DNA of 64,000 nt from Takakia lepidozioides. Its lineage: Eukaryota > Plantae > Bryophyta. This document shows positions 25,412-37,800 of the stretch, in pieces. Both the position numbers and the translations under genes were made by a program. How positions within the stretch are numbered: position 1 is the first letter of the stretch; each line of letters starts with the position of its first letter. Where the stretch lies: NCBI GenBank assembly GCA_030704615.1, contig CM060731.1, forward strand, positions 21,266,001 to 21,330,000, given 5' to 3'. The notes under the pieces were generated by a model. It made no database searches. It was not told the DNA's origin and saw only the letters and a program-made list of their open reading frames with translations.

Positions 25412-28032
25412 CTTGACGTTGTGATGAGCAACTAAATAACGAAAACCACAGTTGCTTCAAGTTGACAGCTGTTCAGATAAGGTAGCCATGCGAATGTCAG
25501 AAGAAATATAATTGTAAACACAATAACATAAGAGTCGACATGGTCTTGTCGCCAGGTCTTGCTCTTTTGCCTCCTCCCCACTGGAGATCTCTGTGAACAG
25601 AAAAGCCCTAGTGTTTGAAGGCTGCTGCCACTTGTGGGGTACTCTTCACAATTGATGTAACACTCCCACAAACATTCACAAGAATCCAGTCACAACCTGT
25701 GTGGAATCAGGCACAATCCAAGTATGTCAATCAGCGTGCTTCAATGTTGTTCAGATCTTTTTCCTTCACAAGTATGAGTAAACAGTAGCAGTTAGGGGGG
25801 CCAACATTCCTAAATCACTTGCTTCTTGAAAAAGGTTAAACACATTAGGAGTAGAGTATAGCCAGGCCACTCCAATCTCAGCAGCCAGTACTCTTCTCGA
25901 ACTCACAAATTAATACCACTTTACACAAACTGGAAAGAGTAATGCCACCAAAGCTTTTGCAAGCCAAAGAACCCAAAACTTTCTACTTAGATGAATTTGG
26001 AGGCTAGATGTAGGCCTATGTACAGAGTGCCCTTCATCTTAAGAAGAGCTGATGGGGAGTATCAAGTCTCTTCAATATCCTACCGCAACCTGATCGTCAG
26101 GACATCCTATGTTGACAAGCTAAGTGAAAACATAAGTGCTCAGGCACATTAAGACTGACAATTCGAGGACTTTTGGTATCTACAACCAGTCGAAGTTCAG
26201 TCCTGCACTAGTGAGAGACTTGATCCTATCAAATGAAACTAAAGTAGTGGTCAGTTGAGATAGATGCCAAAAAAAGAGAGGTACTTCACTGTGGATGAGA
26301 TTCACTATACATCCCCTTGCTAAAACAAGGAGACGCTGAGAGAATCTGCCAGAAGAGACCAGTCTTGTAGGAAAAGGTGACAACAACACTAACTGATTCT
26401 TTGTCCCGTTTGTGACATGAAGTCCCCTTTTTTTCCCAACAAGAATGCAGCTGATGTTTGGAAAGGAAAGGGTGATTAAACACTGGTAAATTTGAAGAGT
26501 TTGTAACTCCTTCCCCTCCCAAGACAAGAAGTACAGGAGACATGCAACCAGTTCTGTATTTTGAAAGGCTGGACCCTGGACTGGATTTCACAAGCTCAAA
26601 TCTTGTCTTGCCATCACATTTGGAGTTTTGCCAATAAAGATCATCTTCAGGAAGTGCCTACCAAGTTTCTGAATGCAGTGGCGAAACTACCTCATTAGCT
26701 ACAGCCAGCTGGCTAAACTCACATTCATGGATAGAGACATTTCAAATTTCACAGAACGTTCACAGTTCTGCAGGCTGGAAGCGCATCGTGATGGAAACTA
26801 CTTCTCCCATCACTCCGAGAATGGCAAATCGAGGTCCGAAGGAAAGAAAACTCCGTAACCAGGTCCTTGGGCCTTCCATATTCCCCATAGAACAAAGCTT
26901 CTTTTGTGCCTGATTATCTTTCGAGGGGCCTGAATGATCGAAGTGAACATTGCGAAACCTTCCAGAATCCGAGTTTACCAGCCTGGAACCGTGATCCTCA
27001 TGTCTAAGAGAAACCCTAACAAGGAAAACGATTGCCAGACTGTACAAACAACCTGGCGTATCGTGCATGTGCATGAACCACCATGGCCAGCTCTCAAACG
27101 ACGGTAGGAAGAGCCCTTTCGGTCTAGAATCGGGAATATCCCCTCCTTTTGAACACAATTTCAACTGCTACTTGAATTACGGCTCCTTCACCTTCTCTGA
27201 ATGAGGTGAACCCCGTGCCAAAGAGCTCCGCTACAAACTGTAAGGAAGTAAAGAATCACAGTGCCAACCACGAAAACACAGGTAAAACGAAGTGCCTTAC
27301 TTCGTAGGGTTTACTGAAGAGCTAAAACAGCACATCCACTCTTCTTCCAACGTCTCTGGATGCCGTTCTTTCCCCAGGCTACAGAGAAAGCTGATTCATG
27401 TGCCACTGCTCGAGGCAATGCAAACGCAAAGGTGTTAATAGGAAGATGATAATTAGACCAAGCTTGATTTGCACCACAGATCCTACAGCCGAACTACTCC
27501 ATCGATGTGGCCTGCTCCCATGAACTACAATCCCAAGGGCCACTTCACTGGCTCAAAGATCGCCACAAAGACAGACACACGCAGAAACGACACAAACAAA
27601 CAGATCCCCCAAACAGACCGACAACACCTAGGCACCAAACCCTAGCTGGAGCCAAATCTGTCATTCAATTACATGGAATGAAGGTAAGAAAACTCGCCTT
27701 CACTGTTTTTCGCAGCTCGTTCGCCCCGCGATGGCAGCAAGCAAGGCGAGCGCATGCAGCAGCGTAGAGATGGGGAAGATGGACCCAGGCTGGGCTGCTC
27801 CTTCCACGCTAGCCATCGCCTGTTCTTCCCGATCCCGGGTTCCGGGCAGCAAATTTTGCATGGGAACGTGACCCCCTCATGCTTCATTCTCCAGAATATC
27901 CTGCTTGTGCCCGTTATTGGGACATTGGAGGTTTTTTTTAAAAATGAATAATATATTGAATTTTAATGATTTGTTTTTTTTAAATAAAATACCTTTTCAA
28001 GTCAATGTATGGGATGCCCCTATTTGTAATAG

Positions 28033-28136
28033 GGGAGGTGCCATTTGGAGGCCCTCCCCATGGGTGAGGTAATGGGTGCCAAGGGTGTTAGGCCGAGGCC
28101 ATGTGACCGAAGCCATGTGGAGGGCTGGCACCTCCC
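28033..28136. repeat. Small nested inverted repeat upstream of WNK
   Basis: gggaggtgcc/ggcacctccc and gccctccccatgg/ccatgtggagggc arms. Confidence 0.55.
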
Positions 28137-28739
28137 ATGACGTAAAGAATTTGCGTTATTTTTCATCTTTCAAGAACCATCTTTCCTCATTCCTGCCTAC
28201 TAAAGGCTTCGGTCCCTCAGGATTTGGTGTAGCTAAGTTAGAGAAGGTAGGCCGGCAGAATGAATACTCCTCAGGTCAATGTTGTCAAGAAACTGTGCAT
28301 GAGAGATTTTCCCACTTATGATCTTCACGTTGATGGCATTGTTGCTGATATAAGGAAAGAGACTGATGTGAGTCTATTGTCCGCGAGTATTGGTGATGAT
28401 TATCTTTGTGGAGTTAGTGACGACGTTTTCCTATAGCTTTGCTTGGATCTGCTGTAAAATTTGATGAGATATTAATAGATGTTGCACCTGTTGATGGTGT
28501 CAAGTATCTAGCGATGGTGCTTTCTTTTGCTTTGAGCCTTCCTCGATCTTCCAATGGTTCATGATCGACCTGCAATTGATTGTCCAACAATTCATAACGA
28601 ATTTTAGACACCTCCAAATATCAATGCTCCAGATGCTGCTCTTGATTGGGTTTCTGTCGGTGATTTAGCGTCTGATGACGAGTTTCTGAATGACAGGGAG
28701 GTAGTTCCTCCGCTTCCTGAAGCAGAACAAGGATCATCC

Positions 28740-28985
28740 ACTCGATTTTCGGGAGGTGAATCCAACCGAATTGCAGAATGTCAATATTGTTGGCGGCGAT
28801 CGGAAGAGTTGTTTTTTAGAGAACTGGTATCGTAGGGCTTTTTGATGAGTGGAGGGAAATTCTGCAAGTTTGACGTACAATCGAGGAGCTTTACATGGAA
28901 GATGTTAAAGACGTCATTGAGAAGTTGACTACATTTTTCCTTGAAGTACCGAAGGTTGATGGCACTTCACATACACCTAGGAGGT
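28740..28985 (+). pseudogene. Possible Crypton/DUF3504-like (tyrosine-recombinase family) N-terminal relic
   Basis: Frame reads IVGLFDEWREILQV*RTIEELYMEDVKDVIEKLTTFFLEVPKVDGTSHTPR, then a GT donor-like site. Resembles the recalled WAVxxFxxW ... LxxFxxEVRKxDGxxYxP motif. Confidence 0.35.
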
Positions 28986-29789
28986 AGTGCATCTTTCTTC
29001 GTGGTGTTTTGTTGTTCATTCATTCATTGCTTTGCAAAGTATGTCAATCATTATATGAGCATATTAATGTAGAAATAGATAGATTGTTGAGATTCATTAA
29101 CATTTATATCCGTTAACCATCATCCCTTCCGCCCCTAATATACATCCCTACAATGCCTCTGGTGGGCACTTTGTGCGTATCCGAGTAGACGCAGTACTAC
29201 CAAAAGAGGAACTGGGGACGTCTGAGCCTGCAGCATTGGGTCCACGCCAAGGTGCGTAGATGCTAGCCTCATGTCAGCGTGGGCCCCGTCCCAGCCTCCC
29301 TGCCCGCTTTGTTCCACGCCATGCCTATATGTACTAGAGAACGGGCCATGTTTGGCCGATTCTGCCTTGTAAGCGGCCTTTGGGCGAGCCCTATGGCCGC
29401 GCACAGGGCAGAATCGGCCATCGCGGCCCGTTCACTGGCGTTAAAAGTAGGTGTGGCGGATTCTCGCCGCTACGTGGCGCAATATGATTGAGGTTCGATT
29501 ATCCCATATCGATTGCCCAGATTCAGAGCCCCGGAGAGGATATAAACGGGGCGAGCCTCAGGGGAAGGCGGGTGGGTTGATGGCTGATGGGCCTTGGTGG
29601 CAGGTCTGCCGTCCTCTGTGCGTAATCAGCCATCCCTGCCGATTCTGCCCTGGGTGGCCGATTCGGCCTGAGAATTAGGCCGAAAAAGTGGCAGAATCCG
29701 CCACACCTGCTTTTAACGTACCCAGAGAGGAATGCCAAAACCAAATATAGGGTGAAACGCGTTTTACGCACATTTCTTTACTATTTTGA

Positions 29790-30204
29790 GGGCCCTACCA
29801 CACTAGCGGCACACCAACCGCAGTGAGGCTAGGGATTGTTGGATGATATAGGTCCATGTCACCAAGCAACAATGAATCGGCTACCACACAATAGCATAAG
29901 CCTAGCGGCAAAATAATTTGTAGGAGAGACCATCGCACGATGGGGTTGGAGAGACCAGCTTCGCTATGGCGGGAGAGTTGCGTCACAACAAAATGTCTTC
30001 CTTAAAATTATGGATTTCTAGGGGACACTGCCAGGAAATCCGTATTTCATGGTAATGTGACATGTAGGCGCGATGTCATCGCCTCTCCGCCGGCAACAAC
30101 CACTAGTGTGGTAGGCAGAGCGACACACTGCCCTCCCTTAAACCAATAGGAGGGTCCGAAATTGAGTGCGGCTGCCCCCTCTTGCCGCTAGTGTGGTATC
30201 GCCC
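29790..30204. mobile_element. PIF/Harbinger (Tourist-type) MITE, 415 bp
   Basis: 22-bp TIRs GGGC(CC/GA)TACCACACTAGCGGCA; flanks TGA/TAA (TWA-type TSD with one change). Confidence 0.8.
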
Positions 30205-33188
30205 TAAGTTTGGTCATTTTTTTTCCCCCCTTGTATTTTGCTCGCATGCTCTTTTGACATTTATTGCACTTCAGCCTATCTTTTGGTCAAAGTAGCCTAA
30301 CTCACCCTCCATCCTTGACTTAACTAACTCTAATGTTTTAGTTCTACCTCACATTGAGGAATTTTGTCAATAATTGAAGATTGAACTAAGCCTGATTTTA
30401 AAGGCAACTGTATTTGCTTTTGCAATTCAATTAAGAAAGACGTCTAAATTTAAAGATACCGGAAAGAAAAAGAAGAAATCTGGAAAGATGCCACATCTTC
30501 AGACAATCTCTCCGTTGGAGCAGACGACATTTCCTTGGCTAGACGAACTTTTGGTCGAGGAATATCCAATAAAATACAAAAAATATTAATAGCAATTTCT
30601 CTACGTAAGTGTAGATACGTGCAAAAAGTTTTTATTCTTGACATCTTAGCTAGGAATAAAAATTCATTCAAACAATCATCCATTTTCAACGAAAAGGAAC
30701 TTGCGTGCAGCTTTTTGGACCGACTCCATTTGTAACACACAACCAAATGGAAGGCTTCAGATTCCGAGATGTGGAACGGGCCGGACCCGTTCCATAAGGA
30801 CTTTTAGCATTTGTGGTAGTAGTGGGGGTCAAATTTTGACCAAAGACCTAATATCAATTAGGACATTTGAACTTAGGAAGGAACATGTGCACTTTGATTA
30901 ATTAGTAGAATGCCTAAATTTATGTTAGAGTAATTCTAGCATCTTTTAGAGAATGTTTCATAATATCATGGTGAAGCTAGTATGAACAAATGATCGGTCC
31001 ACGTTACTAAGACCCTAAAATAATACTAGTGGTGGTTTACTAACATACTATGCAAGTTTTGTAGGCACTCTTCATTAATTTTATGCAGGGGCAGTTTTTC
31101 CAGACTTTTCATCGGCGAAGGGCACGGCGGCCCAATAATTGCAATTTTTAAATTTTTTTCAGGGGACTTTTGACCCCTTTATCTGAAGAGCAAATTGTTC
31201 TTTCAAGGCCATCAAAGACGTCAAAACTCACTGTCACTCCTGCGGAGATCAAGTTTTTACAAAATGTTTTTTATGAATTTTTTTTGAGAATCACGAATCG
31301 GAAAAGATGAGCCCCATTCTCATAGAGAGGCAGTATGGAGCATGGAGTAATCTGTCAGACTTCTCATAGTTTCTCAAGCTCCCTCTCTTAAAGCTCTATT
31401 AATTGGAAGCAAACGAGTGGTGTTGGATGGGTATCTCTTCATTAAAAAAAAACAAAAAAAAAACCAAGGGCATAGCCTGTTAGTTTATTAGAGGAAAAAT
31501 CAAACCTCAATGATGCCGTAAAGGCAAGGAAACATCCATGGGATGAGGAACGAGCCGAGACCAAATCTAGAGAGACCACTTTGGTAGTGTGAACCTGGGT
31601 ATTACCCAGACTTGACAAGCCTTACAGGTTTAGGTAGGGCTCTATGGTCGACCATTGTTGACCAATGAGCATACTGTGAGATGGTGCAAAAGATGCAAAT
31701 GATGCGAAATGATGCAAGTGATGTGAAAACGTGGCAGCTCAATCCATGCAAAATGAAAGGACCTCCTACCGCAACTGCTAGCCTACCCCTAGTCTATAGA
31801 GGTGCTTCCAAAGGCAAGTTGCTAGCTACAGAGCGAAGGTATTTCAACTTCCTTCTTGGAGTACTTGACATTAAAACTCTGGTATATTATGGTTATCATT
31901 CACCTCAATAGGCAGTTAATTGGTCAAATTTGACAACTGACCCATAAGTTCAAATATTGGAAGATATGATGATTTGGAAATAAAATAGAATGATGTTTGT
32001 CAAAATAAGTGTGAACTATGAATGTGATTTCTTCACCCCAAAGGCCTAAGTATTGCCTTTCGTTTGGAATGTGGAACGGTCATACGTGAGTCAATGTGGT
32101 TGCTCAAACCTCCTCCAAAGACTTATTGACAGTCCCTAGGAACCCAAAATTTCGGTCAATAGACAACCAAGATGTACCCAAGTGGTAATATATTGGATAC
32201 CACCTCAGAAGTGGTTGTGGGTTCAATCTTCCGATTGGTGTCACAAAAGCTGTCCACCTTCCTGCCGGAAGGAAGTAGCCGTTCGGGGTCTAGAGACATC
32301 ATAATTACGCTTTCCTCCGGAGGCGTTATATATATTGAGAGAGGGGGTTGGTATATCCCGAGGCTTTATTCTACAGGATGAACCATTGCCACTTCAAAGG
32401 GGATAACTAGTGGGTTCACTTATAACAGCCAATAACCATGGCGTTGGCACGGTTGCCCAAGTTGTGTGCGATCAAAGGACCAACCACGTGATTGGGATAT
32501 CGTTGATGTAATTAAATAGCAGAAGAGATGGACTCGGGTATATTTGTTTCCACTTCAATTCAACATCCAGCAAACGGCGGTCTAGTAGTAATCAGACTGG
32601 GCACAAGTCGCCTTGCAAGTGGTCGTGAGTTGAGGAAGACTCTTGCCAAAGAAGCAAACATAACTTATGGTATCACTTCACCCCCAAAGGACGACTGTGT
32701 TCCGTTTGGGAAGGTGGAATTTTCTAACGTGTAATTGGGGCGATATCATTTCCCACCGTCTCCTAAGCGCTCTAAGTCCCACCCACACATTACATAGCGA
32801 GTTGACCCACATACCCCTTTTATTGTTAGGTTGGCTAAAATGGGCGATATCCAACATACGTCTTTGTGGCTTTGAATCCATGAGGTTGGGTAGCGTGCAG
32901 CTCAGGTGAGCACAAGGGCATATTCCCCGAACTTCCCGTGAAATTTCCACAACGAAATGAAATTGGCGAAACTAACAGATAAAGAACAAATAGCCCCTAT
33001 ACCTGATGAACATGTTACCCTATAGGCGTGGTTTTTTCTTGCTTAGTTTGTGCCCATATCACCAAGTATTTCTCAAGGCGAAATTCATTGCTGCCGCTAC
33101 AGGTTTAGGGTTTCTGGCTACACTACTGATGGTTTCGCCTCGCTGAATTGGCACAGATGTATCGTACAAATGCACAAGTCCTCTATAC

Positions 33189-33844
33189 GAGTGTTGGGCG
33201 GTTCTTGCTTTTTTCAAGAACCTCCGGCTCCGGTTCTAGGGCAGGGTTTAAATTACGGTTCCGGTTCCGGTTATATTATTAAATTATTAAAGAGAATTAA
33301 AAACCACTTTTCCTCTGGAAAGTTAATGTCCTATTGGTCAAAGAAATGTTAGTATGTTTTCCTACAAAATAGACATTTGCTGTGGCAATGGCTGGCGGGC
33401 CGGAGTCCCTGCCTGGTAAAAAAATATGAACTACAGATAAAGATAAAGTTTCTAGGGAATTTACAGAGCCTACTGCTCAACACGCAGCCCATGAAGGTGC
33501 CAATGGACAATGGACAGCAGGCACATGTTCAAGGATTGAACCCAGGACCACCCAGGCAAGGCACAAATACCCAACCAGCAGCAGCAGGGCTGACTTGATG
33601 TGGCTGGCTGGCGGGTCCGCATTAGGGACATACACATAACTGCGCGAACCGGAACCTACCCAACTCCTTGCTAACCGGTTCCGGTTAGTGGCTGTTCCTG
33701 ACCAGCTGTTCCGGTTCCATCAAAGCCAAAATCTGGGCCCAGTTCCGGTCTCTCCCAACTGGTTCCAGTTCCGGTTAGGTTCTTAATAACCGGAACCTGA
33801 CCCGCCGGTTAACCAGGGTCAATCCGGTTAACCGCCCAACACTG
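33189..33844. mobile_element. Non-autonomous hAT element, 656 bp
   Basis: TIR (C/G)AGTGTTGGGCGGTT, perfect 8-bp TSD CTCTATAC (33181-33188, 33845-33852), many subterminal CCGGTT repeats. Confidence 0.92.
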
Positions 33845-34338
33845 CTCTATACCCGCTTATATTTTTATTCCGTTTTGAAAACATATAACTCTATGACCGA
33901 GGTTTGAAAACATAAAACTCCCATGACCGTGGGTTGTGCTCACAGAATACCACCTCGGGATATTTGTAATCTAAGATTAGCCTAAAGAGATGTTAGGATT
34001 AGCCTAACATAAGCTAACTTACTTTGTAAACTCTTTTTCCTTTAGGGAGGTGGCATGTGAAGGGCACTCTTTGTAAGATGAGTAGGCTTCTCTATACAGA
34101 AAAACCATTCCAAACCAAGCCAACAGAGTCCTGCATGACACTAATAGGTAAGAGTCCTTATTTGGATTCTGTTGACGAGGCAAACGTCGTCTGTCAGTTC
34201 TCCCTAGGATTAGTCTGCAGGATGCTAACACTCTTGCAGCTGATTGTGGGGTTTTATCCCACCAAATGAGCCAATGTTTGCACAAAGCCGACTACCATCC
34301 AGTTTGGGGAACCATCCACATGGACGACTAGAGAGAGA

Positions 34339-34725
34339 ATGTACTCATAAAACGTTGTTTGCTGTAGCCTTGTGGCCAGCCACCCCACAATGCCAGTTTG
34401 GGGAACCAAAGAGAACTGACACTATCTTTGTGAGGGGCTCAGTACTGGGACTTGCCAGCTTAGCTTTCCACAGACGTTATGAAGTACCATTTCATGATAT
34501 AAACAATTTGTTCGGGTTTTCCGCCTCTCAAAAGCACTTCACAGAAATGTGAAACCTGATGTGTATGGTCTGCCCAGCAGTTAGACCCCAACAGGGCCAG
34601 GGCTTCATAATCAGCCTCAAAAGTTTGAAAGCTGGTGAACAGAGGTGCAGGGACTATGTTATTGATGTACCTGAAGAGGGATGAGAATACCCCAGACATG
34701 AAACGATGAATATTGTCTTCAGGCT
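34339..34725 (-). mobile_element. Diverged 3' fragment of the (TC)n-associated RTEX-like LINE
   Basis: Same 3' end (gaatgtactcataa.acgttgtttg) and VPAPLFTSFQTFEA..ALLG..WA; GA tracts on both sides. Confidence 0.85.
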
Positions 34726-34873
34726 GAAGGGAGAGAGAGGGAGAGAGAGGGAACTGTATACACTAGGATGCACTTGCTGTTTCCTTGTCACCACAGATGG
34801 TATAGACAATGATAAAGGGGATGGAGAGAATGAGGAAGGAGGCAAGATTAGAAAGGGACTTTTGCCAAAAGGA

Positions 34874-37800
34874 TCAGGTATCGATAAGCTTCTTTACACA
34901 GAGGGCAGAGCAAGGTGCAGATGGAAGAACACACACGAAGTGAGGGCCAGCAGGATTGTGACTGATGTGGCCTCGGCCAATATGCGCTAAACGTAAGGCA
35001 GGGGGATGAACATGGCCTGCAACTAATGGGACACAAACCACTGATATCAGCACTTGGGTCCCCACATGGTGTGAGAGAGAAATACACCCCTTCTTTCTCC
35101 CAGCAATCATCCAATTGCTCGCCTTTGCTCTGAGCTCGTAGAACAACTCCTCCACATTCTGTGGAGACCATTGACCACCCCACAAACCTATTATTGGAGA
35201 TCTCTTGAACTGCAAAAGTTGGACAGCTTGGTACAAACATGAGGTGACAAATTCTGTTTATTGTATTTTAACACTGCTTTCATCTTTTGCAGTTATTCTA
35301 TCCAGCAGAGCCATTGTAAAGAAAGTAAGCCAATGCATCCACTTTTGACTCCCTCCCTGTTTCAATATGACAAGACAACAGGAAGAGACACACAGACATT
35401 TACCTGGGCCTTGGAATTCATGCACAATGGGGGGCTCTCACCTTTACAACCTCTCTTTGTTGCAGACTTGTGGCCCTGCCTTCCTTCAGCCTCTCAACCA
35501 GCCACTGAAAAATCACCTGCTGCCCAACTCGAGGACACAGAGAGGGAATAGGCAGCAGGCCTACTGCAACAAGCTGTTCGCACACTAGCATCTCGAGGAC
35601 AAACCCAGTCGAATACTCTAAGAGGGGCTCCCTCTCCTTTGCCTTGAAGTAGTTCCTAGCTGGAGCATGAGCACCACATCTTCGATCACCAACAATTTTG
35701 TACTGTAGAAATAACACGCTCTCTGATCTTGCTTGGTTCTGGCTATTATTGAGAGCGCTCTTTTCTGGAATCACACTCCACCATAGATCAAAATTTTTGT
35801 CCTTCCCAAAGTTAGTTAAGCAATAGGATCTACCATAGGCGCTAAGCAAACCCATCATGCTGACTCAATCAGCAGACCTACTGAAATTGAGAGCTGAATG
35901 TGTAATATCTGCCTTAGGAGAAACAGGAAAAGAATTAATTCAAATCATGTCAATACGCACAAAAATAATGCTGCAGTGCAGTGTAGTGTAAAAATGCATC
36001 AGCTTCTGTAGAAACATTGCAGAGGAACTGAAAAAGAAGAGCAACTTTCTTTTGCAATCTGACATACTGCAATGGATGTGAAATGCGGCAGCAACCTTGA
36101 GGTGGGCGCTGACCCACGGCTACGAGAGCAGCCCCGCTCGTGGCAGTGGCCTAGGTGGGGGCTGGATGCCAACCTGGAAGAGGCCTCAGAGCAGTAGGAG
36201 TCAACGCAATGTCATTTCTCCAATTTTTGATGCAATGATTGTCTCCTCTACTTCCCTATGGTAAGTGTGTCTAGGAGTCAAGAGTATACCTTCTCTTACG
36301 GCAGCTGACTCTGAACGGACCAAAAAGAGCAAAGCACCCTCACAGGTGGTCGAGAGAGTGAGGGGTGGTAGCCAAGCCGCACTAAGCTGGCCCTCACTAT
36401 TGTTGACATGGACAAATCCTGGTTGCAGAGCCAGCTTTGCATTCACAATTGTCACTGTGGCTGCCACTTGCAATATCAGGGTCACCTGACATAGTTACAG
36501 TATGCACCCTTTTTCAAAAGCAACTCTCTACTTGTGAGTATACTATCTGCATAAAAATGCATTTGGGCTCAATTGCTATAGCAGCGACTGTCAATTCCAA
36601 TGTGAGACAAACTGCCAAAGTGGGCAACTCCTCCCACTACTTGAGGTTGTCAGTTGTGGCTTAGGGTTTTTCAGTCATGCGGATACCTACCACACAGTGA
36701 CATCAATCTCAACTGTCAGAAAACCGTTGGTGTGTGGTCGGGCTAGGGATTGAACCTAGGACCTCCCCCATTCCGGTAGGGTGCTCTACCACTGAGCTAC
36801 CCATCCCATTCTGTTCTCAGAGTGCCGTACAAGGGCTATAGCCTTGAGACCACCAACATCAACAAGATGTACGATGGACTATTCTAGACTGCAAAAAATG
36901 CTTTGATGCTTGTAATGGACGTACATTCACTTTCACACAAATGCATGCTTCAACTTCAGAACTCATCCACACTAGGGAGTGGTGTTTGTACCTGCAAAAG
37001 TATTGAACCGTCATTGCCCTTGCTTATAACACGGGTAGAAGTCCGGAATGGCTGGGTGAACTGTACTGTGATAGCTCTGCCACAATCATCACACAACCCC
37101 TTACGCCATGAAGTTCCCCTTTTATTCTGGCTGAAACTGTCAACAATCTTGGAAAGGCAGACATTCAAGGTGACTGGAAACGTCCCACAATGTGATAACT
37201 GGTGTCCCTCTGTAGGTGACAAATATGCGCAGTGATAAAACCAAATGCCCTAGCCTCTCAGACAGACCTTCTGTGGATATGACTTCTCAATTCTCCAAAT
37301 TGAATCTCGACATCCAAGGTTCTCACTCCCACACTTGTGCCCAGGCCCCCTGCCAGAACGGATCGCTCCTGTCCTACACTTAAATTTTCCTGAGTATCAG
37401 GGAGAAAATCAGCAGCTGCATCAACATCCCTCACAGTTGGATCAATAGAGACACCACGCCCAACTCTCAAACAAGATGAGCTTGTACGACCAGATGCTGA
37501 AGTAGGAGGTAGGGGGGATGGAGGGGTTGAAGGTAGAGGCTGGATCCCAATTGCCGATGATGCCTCAGCAACAACTGATTTCGCCACAACACGCAACCAC
37601 AGCACAGATGAAACTGTGCTTGCCCAATCCAAAATTTCGACTTGTCCATCCTTCATTTCGAGAGGCTGGGATACATTAGGAGGAGGGGAAACACGGGGAT
37701 CCCAGACTTGTTTTCCAGTCTCTTCACTAGTTTTTGCTCCTTGAGAGATGGAGAAGTAACTTGATGTAGACTGGATCCCCTCCATGTCAGATGGAACTTC

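Noticed and set aside
32000-32950. Possible coding or horizontally acquired segment
   Set aside because: Frames examined are interrupted and no recognisable motif was found.
36735-36806. Functional tRNA gene
   Set aside because: Mismatched acceptor stem, anticodon loop lacks U33, no oligo-T terminator directly downstream, and it is embedded in a TG...CA unit with a TSD.
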